Source: an uncultured Verrucomicrobiae bacterium (GTDB taxonomy: Bacteria; Verrucomicrobiota; Verrucomicrobiia; Chthoniobacterales; UBA10450). From it: a stretch of 64,000 nt of DNA. How positions within the stretch are numbered: position 1 is the first letter of the stretch; every line of letters begins with the position of its first letter. The notes beneath the pieces are model-generated. The model saw nothing but the letters and a program-made list of their open reading frames with translations, ran no database searches and was not told the DNA's origin. The DNA lies in the NCBI GenBank assembly GCA_963735805.1, contig CAVTMK010000001.1:32001-96000 (forward strand), in the 5' to 3' direction. Of this stretch, positions 57,628 through 64,000 are shown piece after piece. The position numbers and the translations under genes are program-made.

Positions 57628-58461
57628 ATGCATCTGTGGTGCAAACTAGCCGAACCCCGCTGGCTAAGCGCACATGAGGACACTTTGCAAGCACGGTCAC
57701 ACGGCAGACTTGTCATTGTCTCCAGACCCGGGCGCAAGCGGCTGCAACTAGAAATTTCGTGCAGGTCTCGCAACCTTGCGCGAAAACTGATCGAAGAATT
57801 TGGAGGACGAACTGAAAAATGGCCGCGCCATTGGCTAAAACGATTCACAAGTCTCCGTAAATCGAAGGCGCTCAAGATTGGAGGACGATTGTTAGTCTCT
57901 AACGTGGAAGGGACCTTCGCCTCCCAATTATCCCGACGGAAAGGCACCTTCCATATTGTTATACCAGCTTCTGCCGCCTTCGGGACGGGAGAGCACGCGA
58001 CGACAGCCATGTCGCTTCGTTTCCTTGAACACTTGACTCGCAGATGGGAAGAGGGTTGGTCCTTGGCAGATCTCGGGACTGGGAGCGGGATCCTCGCTCT
58101 CGCAGCGAAACGCTTTGGGGCAGGGCGTGTGATTGGCATTGATATCGATCCAAGAGCGATCGCGATCGCCGAAGCGAACGCACGACTGAACAAGATCGAA
58201 AACGTCGATTTTCGCTTGGCTGATCTCCACAGATGGAAACCAACCCGCTCGAGAGACATTATCGTCGCCAATCTGTACAGCGAGTTGTTGATCGAGGTCC
58301 TACCGAAACTGAAACGGTGCACTTGGCTCACTCTTTCCGGTGTGCTGCGCACACAGGAAACCGAATTCCTGCATGTTCTGCGACTGAACAACATCGAGAT
58401 CGTGAACGTGAAACGCCGAGGGAAGTGGATCGCAGTATTGGCCAATTGCGAGGATCATTAA
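57628..58461 (+). CDS. prmA: Ribosomal protein L11 methyltransferase
   Basis: AFGTGEHATT, DLGTGSGILA, GIDIDP, IVANL, LSG. Confidence 0.85.
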   Translation: MHLWCKLAEPRWLSAHEDTLQARSHGRLVIVSRPGRKRLQLEISCRSRNLARKLIEEFGGRTEKWPRHWLKRFTSLRKSKALKIGGRLLVSNVEGTFASQLSRRKGTFHIVIPASAAFGTGEHATTAMSLRFLEHLTRRWEEGWSLADLGTGSGILALAAKRFGAGRVIGIDIDPRAIAIAEANARLNKIENVDFRLADLHRWKPTRSRDIIVANLYSELLIEVLPKLKRCTWLTLSGVLRTQETEFLHVLRLNNIEIVNVKRRGKWIAVLANCEDH

Positions 58462-58596
58462 TAAGGTTTACCTGGCCACTGAAAAAACAAAAATTTGCAC
58501 TGGCGAAGGCCGCCAGCTACGTTCTTCCAGCCTTTGCGGCTTCGGGTTCTCTGCATCTCACGCGGTTTAATCACGAGCCGCGGCAGCACAGATACT

Positions 58597-59673
58597 ATGC
58601 AGAACGAACAACTTGCCTACGTTGCCGTAACGTCGTATTCGATGCGCAAATCGCGCACCGGCGGCATCGTGGGCCGGCTGATTTCGCGCACAGGACTCGA
58701 CTTGGTCGGCGGGCGCATGTTCGCGCCAAGTCTGGAGTTAGCCAAACGCTATGCCGAGACGATTGTGACGGAAACCGATCCGCGTCATCGCGCGACACAG
58801 GAACTAATCCGCGATTATGTACTCAAGAATTTCACGGGAGAGAAAAATGGGCAGCTCCCCCGTGTGTTGTTTCTCATCTTTCGGGGTCCAGACGCCGTGG
58901 AAAGGATTCGTCACACCGTTGGGCACATTGTGCACGAGCGCACGAGCGGAGAAACGATTCGTGATACGTACGGCGATTACATCACGGATGATTCAGGCAA
59001 GGTAACCTATTTTGAGCCTGGAGTATTGGCGGTGTTCGACCCTAAAGCGGTTGAACGCGATTTGAAACTTTGGGCTGAATTTTCCGATTCTGATGGCGGG
59101 ATCCTGGAGCGCGTGGTCCCCTTCCCGTCCAACGCGCAAGTCGAAAAAACTTTGGTCCTGATCAAGCCTGACAATTTCAGGTTTCCGAATCTACGGCCCG
59201 GCGGCGTCATAGAAGTATTTTCGCGCTCGGGGCTCTCCATCATTGGATTCAAAGTTCACCAGATGAGCGTTGCACAGGCGGAGGAATTTTACGGCCCGGT
59301 GCTAACGGTTTTGGAGAAGAAGCTCGGCCCAAAGAGTGGCCGCGAAAACTGGGAAAGCATCGTTGAATTCATGGCCGGAAGAAAGCCCAGCGAATGCCCC
59401 CCCGAGCAACGGGACGCTCCCGGGACGGAAAAATCGATCGCGATTGTTTATCAGGGCGTGGATGCTGTGCGCAAGATTAGAGACGTGCTCGGCCCAACCG
59501 ATCCAGCCAAGGCGCCTCCAGGTTCGATCCGTCGCGAATTCGGGCAGACTATCATGATCAACGCCGCGCATGCATCGGATTCTCCCGAAAACGCTAAACG
59601 CGAAATGGCAATCGTTCGAATCGACGAGAATAATTTCAAACCTCTGATTGAAAACTTCTATGGTCACCAATAG
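58597..59673 (+). CDS. ndk: Tandem-domain nucleoside diphosphate kinase
   Basis: C-terminal domain TLVLIKPD...GPTDP..PGSIR...NAAHASDS; N-terminal domain NDK-like. Confidence 0.85.
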   Translation: MQNEQLAYVAVTSYSMRKSRTGGIVGRLISRTGLDLVGGRMFAPSLELAKRYAETIVTETDPRHRATQELIRDYVLKNFTGEKNGQLPRVLFLIFRGPDAVERIRHTVGHIVHERTSGETIRDTYGDYITDDSGKVTYFEPGVLAVFDPKAVERDLKLWAEFSDSDGGILERVVPFPSNAQVEKTLVLIKPDNFRFPNLRPGGVIEVFSRSGLSIIGFKVHQMSVAQAEEFYGPVLTVLEKKLGPKSGRENWESIVEFMAGRKPSECPPEQRDAPGTEKSIAIVYQGVDAVRKIRDVLGPTDPAKAPPGSIRREFGQTIMINAAHASDSPENAKREMAIVRIDENNFKPLIENFYGHQ

Positions 59674-59716
59674 TTTGCGCTCCATTTTGAATGATCCCAC
59701 AACCAGCCCTACTCCT

Positions 59717-60880
59717 ATGGAAATTTCCGAACGTGCCGCTCAACTGAGTCCTTCGCTTACTCTCTCGATCGATAGCAAGGCCAAAGCCATGAAAGCCGAA
59801 GGCATTGATGTCTGCGGTTTCGGCGCCGGAGAACCGGATTTCGATACGCCCGAGCACATAAAGAAGGCCGCGATCGACGCATTGGAGTCCGGTTTTACCA
59901 AATACACACCCAGCGCTGGAATCCCAGAGCTGCGTCAGGCGATCGCAGAAAAACTGGCTGCCGATAACGATCTGAATTACCGCGCTGCACAAGTGATCGT
60001 AAGCAACGGTGCAAAGCACGCATGCTATAACGCAATCCTTGCGACATGCCAGCCTGGCGATGAAGTCATTATCCCTGCGCCTTATTGGGTCAGTTATCCG
60101 GAGATGGTCAGGCTAGCTGGCGCTGAACCTGTAATCGTTCCAACAAGCGAGCGCAATGGTTGGAAAATGCGCGCTGAAGATTTTGAGAATGCAATGACCC
60201 CTCGCACGAAAATGCTCATCATGAATAGCCCCGGCAACCCGACGGGATCGGTCTATACCCGTGAGGAATTACAGGCGATTGTCGATGTAGCCGCTGAAGA
60301 GGACATTTACATTCTGTCAGATGAAATTTACGAGAAGCTCGTCTACGACGAAGCGAAACATGTGAGCATCGGGTCGCTCTCCCAGGCAGCGTACGATCTG
60401 ACGATCACAGTCAACGGCTTCAGCAAATCCTATGCGATGACAGGTTGGCGCCTCGGTTATCTGGCAGCGCCAGAAGCGGTAGCCAAAGCGGTCGATTCAA
60501 TCCAAAGCCACACCGCGTCGAATCCTTCTTCCTTCTCGCAGTACGGCGCGCTCGCTGCGTTAAAAGGCGATCAACAGCCGGTGATCGACATGCGTGAAGA
60601 GTTCGATATGCGGCGCAATTACATGTTCGACCGTGTGTCGAAGATCTCAAACGTAACGGCAGTCAAACCGCAGGGCGCATTTTACGTGCTGGTGAATATC
60701 AGTCAGCTTGGCCTAACATCACAAAATTTCGCCGATCGCCTGCTGAGCAAAGCCAATGTCGCAGTCGTTCCGGGAGCCGCTTTCGGCGATGATCGCACGG
60801 TCCGGCTTAGCTACGCCACAAGTATCGACGTCGTCAAAAAAGGATTAGACCGCTTCCAGGACTTTTGCCGCACGCTCTAA
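59717..60880 (+). CDS. PLP-dependent aminotransferase class I/II (aspartate aminotransferase-like)
   Basis: GEPDF, NSPGNPTG, SDEIY, SKSYAMTGWRLG. Confidence 0.93.
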   Translation: MEISERAAQLSPSLTLSIDSKAKAMKAEGIDVCGFGAGEPDFDTPEHIKKAAIDALESGFTKYTPSAGIPELRQAIAEKLAADNDLNYRAAQVIVSNGAKHACYNAILATCQPGDEVIIPAPYWVSYPEMVRLAGAEPVIVPTSERNGWKMRAEDFENAMTPRTKMLIMNSPGNPTGSVYTREELQAIVDVAAEEDIYILSDEIYEKLVYDEAKHVSIGSLSQAAYDLTITVNGFSKSYAMTGWRLGYLAAPEAVAKAVDSIQSHTASNPSSFSQYGALAALKGDQQPVIDMREEFDMRRNYMFDRVSKISNVTAVKPQGAFYVLVNISQLGLTSQNFADRLLSKANVAVVPGAAFGDDRTVRLSYATSIDVVKKGLDRFQDFCRTL

Positions 60881-60970
60881 CAATCGCGGATTGGCGATTG
60901 CTGATTGTGGACTTCAAGGCGAGGTGATAGCGGAATTGTCGGCGTCCGCACTCCCATTCCGAAATTCGCA

Positions 60971-62602
60971 ATGCCTTCCGGTTATCTCGCGCTCATATTC
61001 CACGCGCATCTGCCATTCGTCCGCCATCCCGAGCATCATCATTTTCTCGAAGAAGATTGGTTCTTTGAAGCAATAACGGAAAGTTACATCCCGCTGGTGC
61101 GCATGATGCAGCGTCTGGCGGACGACCATGTGCCGTTCAAACTCAGCATGTCCATCACGCCTACGCTTTGCGCCATGCTTCAGGATGGGCTGCTTTGCGA
61201 GCGTTACGTCGCGCATCTGGATTTTTTAATCGACCTCGCTGCGCGCGAACAAAGACGAAACCGCAAACATCCGCGACTTCGCGAATTGGCCGAGTTCTAC
61301 TCGAAAATCTTTTGCGAAACCAAGCGTTTCTTTGTCGATGAACGCAAATGCGATCTGTTGACCTCCTTTCGCGAATTGCAAAAAAGTGGCCAACTTGAAA
61401 TCATTGCATCCGCCGCAACGCACGGCTTGCTTCCCCTGCTTCTGTACACCTCGGGCGGATCGCCGGAAGCAGCGCGCGCTCAAATTTTGGTCGGACGCGA
61501 TGTCTACGTCGATCTTTTCGCTACCGAACCCGTCGGCTTTTGGCTCCCTGAATGCGCTTTCGCGCCGGGTCTCGAGTTTATTCTACAAGAGGCAAATGTT
61601 CGCTGGTTCGTTCTCGACACACACGGTCTTCTGTTTGGAAAGCCGCGTCCGCGTCGCTCGATCTATGCACCCTGTTATACGCCGGCCGGGCCGGCCGCGT
61701 TTGCGCGCGACAGCGATTCCAGCCGGCAGGTTTGGAGCGCACAAGGAGGCTACCCCGGTGACCCTGATTACAGGGAATTTTATCGCGACGTTGGATTCGA
61801 CCTTCCAACGGAACATTTAGGACCAATCGGTCACGACGCCCGGAAATTTTCCGGAGTGAAATATCACCGCATTACCGGCCCTGGCGAAGAGAAGGAGCTA
61901 TACGATCCGGTCGCCGCGGGAAAGATCGCTGAAAGGCAAGCCATTCATTTCATCGAGGAACGCCGGCGACAAATCAGCGAAATCAGTGCGACAGGGTTTG
62001 ATCCTATTGTGGTCGTTCCGTTCGACGCAGAGTTGTTTGGTCACTGGTGGTTCGAAGGCCCGCGTTTTCTCGAACAATTTGTTCGCCTGGCAGCAAACGA
62101 AAACCAATTTCGTCTCTCGACGCCGAGCGAATACCTGGCGGCGAATCCCACCCAGCAAGTCCTTGAGCCGGCAACCTCAACGTGGGGCGAGAATGGTTAT
62201 TTTGAGGTCTGGCTGAATCCAGATAATGCGTGGATTTATTCACAGCTGCAAATTGCCGCACATCGGATGACTGAAATTTCCCGCAGATATGCTTCTGCTG
62301 TGGGAGAGCAACAGCAACCACTCCAGTTTGCCGGCGGGGCGCCGTCCGCTCTACAATTTGCCGATCGTTATCTAAAGCAATTGGCCCGCGAACTTTTGCT
62401 CGCTCAATCCAGCGATTGGGCATTCTTGATCAAGGCTGGGACGGCGCGCGAATACGCAACCAAGCGCACTATCGATCATCTTTCCCGCTTCAATCGTTTA
62501 CACGATCAGATCGTCACCAATACTGTGGATGAACAATTTTTACGCGAGTGCGAATCGCGCGATAACCTGTTTCCGAACGTAAACTGGCGCTATTACATCT
62601 AG
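60971..62602 (+). CDS. GH57 1,4-alpha-glucan branching enzyme (DUF1957)
   Basis: HAHLP, GFWLPEC, FDAELFGHWWFEG, LLAQSSDWAF. Confidence 0.9.
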   Translation: MPSGYLALIFHAHLPFVRHPEHHHFLEEDWFFEAITESYIPLVRMMQRLADDHVPFKLSMSITPTLCAMLQDGLLCERYVAHLDFLIDLAAREQRRNRKHPRLRELAEFYSKIFCETKRFFVDERKCDLLTSFRELQKSGQLEIIASAATHGLLPLLLYTSGGSPEAARAQILVGRDVYVDLFATEPVGFWLPECAFAPGLEFILQEANVRWFVLDTHGLLFGKPRPRRSIYAPCYTPAGPAAFARDSDSSRQVWSAQGGYPGDPDYREFYRDVGFDLPTEHLGPIGHDARKFSGVKYHRITGPGEEKELYDPVAAGKIAERQAIHFIEERRRQISEISATGFDPIVVVPFDAELFGHWWFEGPRFLEQFVRLAANENQFRLSTPSEYLAANPTQQVLEPATSTWGENGYFEVWLNPDNAWIYSQLQIAAHRMTEISRRYASAVGEQQQPLQFAGGAPSALQFADRYLKQLARELLLAQSSDWAFLIKAGTAREYATKRTIDHLSRFNRLHDQIVTNTVDEQFLRECESRDNLFPNVNWRYYI

Positions 62603-62608
62603 GCCACT

Positions 62609-62674
62609 TGTCATTCCGAGCGAAGTCGAGGAATCTCCCGCTGTTCGTCTTTGCCTCGACGGCCAGGTATGACA
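62609..62674. repeat. REP-like palindrome, GTCAT family
   Basis: TGTCATTCCGAGCGAAGTCGAGGAATCT ... CCTCGAC...GGTATGACA. Confidence 0.75.
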
Positions 62675-63421
62675 AAAAAAGCCCATCTTGCGATTTTTAC
62701 GGTGTTCGTGGTCTCCACTCTTTCCGCACAGGAATCGCCGACGCCAACTCCATCTTCCATCCCAGTGGAATCTCCTACCCCTTCGATCTTGCCGGAAGAA
62801 TCTGTCACGCCGCCCCCCACCCCGGGCCAAACGTCTTCAGTTTCACCGGCAAGAAGTGTTCGCATCAATTTCGTACCTCCGCCGCTGGACGGCAAGATCA
62901 GTCTTGGCATTTACAACACCAAAGGCGAACTCGTGCGTGTTTTGCACCGGGCAGCGGACCTGAACGAATTTAAAGTCGGCGCGGACGCATTGATGACGCA
63001 ATGGGATGGGAAAAACGACAATGGAGAGGATTTGCCGGCGGGAAAATATCACGCTCGCGGTTATCTCGTGGGTGCGCTCAAAGTGGAAGACCTTGGTCAG
63101 GTCGCAGCGCCCTTTCCCGAAAATACGCCGACTAGCAGCGTTAAAGTAAAACTGATGCCAAACCCACTGGCCAACGACAAGCAAGCGACGGTCGAACTGG
63201 CCGCGGGGTTTGACAGCGATGGAAGCTACCTGGAAACGAGCGACAAACTGCCATTGCTTACCGTAAGTAAGTCACCGAACCTGACTCGTGAATCGATTGC
63301 GAAGAAGGGAGATAAATCGCTCGAAGTTTGGCAGACCGATGGTGTTGGTTTTCACCAATTCCGCATCTCAAACGTAGACCAGATGATGGCTTTCGATTGC
63401 GGTGAATTCGAGTTGAAATGA
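62669..63421 (+). CDS. Secreted protein with Pro/Thr linker and FlgD-Ig-like domain
   Basis: Signal peptide; SLGIYNTKGELVRVL...WDGKNDNGEDLPAGKY. Confidence 0.75.
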   Translation: MTKKAHLAIFTVFVVSTLSAQESPTPTPSSIPVESPTPSILPEESVTPPPTPGQTSSVSPARSVRINFVPPPLDGKISLGIYNTKGELVRVLHRAADLNEFKVGADALMTQWDGKNDNGEDLPAGKYHARGYLVGALKVEDLGQVAAPFPENTPTSSVKVKLMPNPLANDKQATVELAAGFDSDGSYLETSDKLPLLTVSKSPNLTRESIAKKGDKSLEVWQTDGVGFHQFRISNVDQMMAFDCGEFELK

Positions 63422-63422
63422 G

Positions 63423-63524
63423 CTGTAACGGCAGTCTGTTAATCCCGGCATAGCATTGGTGAAGGCGAACAAGCGCCGTCGATTCCAAACGACGGTGCCC
63501 GCCACGGAGAGAGAACCGCTACAG
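63423..63524. repeat. GTAG-type palindromic element
   Basis: CTGTAACGG ... CCGCTACAG terminal arms with an internal hairpin. Confidence 0.6.
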
Positions 63525-63565
63525 AGTCTGGTCACAACGCAAAATCTCTGCTAGTTAAACCCTAA

Positions 63566-64000
63566 ATGGCCTCGACACCGGAGTTTCAACATACAGTTGG
63601 TAAGACTGCCAGCTTTAGCGGCACCGCGCTGCATACGGGTGACAAAGTCACGCTCAAATTGCATGCCGCGCCGGTGGATCATGGAATCAAATTCAAGCGC
63701 AAAGATCTACAGGATGAGCCAACCATCGATGCGAAGATCGAAAACCTCAAAACCGTCGAGCGCGCCACGACGATCGGCGAAGGCTCGGTGCGAGTTCACA
63801 CAGTCGAACATATCCTGGCCGCGCTGTCGGCAATGGGTGTGGATAACGCCATCGTGGAGATGGACGCAAACGAGCCGCCAATCGGCGACGGAAGCGCGCA
63901 GCCTTACGTTGATCTCGTCAAGAAAGCCGGTGTAATCGCTCAGGAGGAACGGAGAAAATTCTTCGATGTGCGCGAGCCGATGCACGTGGAAGCGAAAACG
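63566..64000 (+). CDS. lpxC: UDP-3-O-acyl-GlcNAc deacetylase, 3'-truncated (possibly LpxC-FabZ fusion)
   Basis: Not in the ORF track. MASTPEFQHTV...GTALHTG...HTVEHILAAL...EPPIGDGSA. Confidence 0.93.
   Translation, partial: MASTPEFQHTVGKTASFSGTALHTGDKVTLKLHAAPVDHGIKFKRKDLQDEPTIDAKIENLKTVERATTIGEGSVRVHTVEHILAALSAMGVDNAIVEMDANEPPIGDGSAQPYVDLVKKAGVIAQEERRKFFDVREPMHVEAKT

Overview
Bacterial chromosomal segment, inferred from gene families and repeat style to be Verrucomicrobiota (Chthoniobacterales / 'Ca. Udaeobacter'-like soil lineage). The first ~21 kb is accessory. It holds a class III cyclase fragment, a secreted vanadium-haloperoxidase-like protein, an FG-GAP protein, an ECF43-type sigma factor with a membrane Ser/Thr kinase, two tandem TonB-dependent receptors, a LuxR regulator and a TetR-controlled RND pump. 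The rest is mostly housekeeping: tilS, gltX, glnS, aroE, nadA, xth, infA, two pilT-family genes, a MarR-RND operon, nusA-infB-rbfA-nrnA-truB-ribF, a second ECF operon, tRNA-Gly, prmA, ndk, an aminotransferase, a GH57 enzyme and lpxC. Four observations stand out. (1) Two separate promoter+RBS+signal-peptide cassettes are each duplicated onto different passenger genes around the ECF/kinase pair. (2) Three ECF-type promoter motifs each occur twice, one linking the ECF operon at 56-57 kb to a small gene 36 kb away. (3) Several REP-like palindrome families sit in frame inside proteins, supply stop or start codons, or abut start codons. (4) Eight single-base frameshifts cluster at 8.4-17.4 kb and are probably sequencing errors. 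No CRISPR array, integrase, transposase or prophage was seen.
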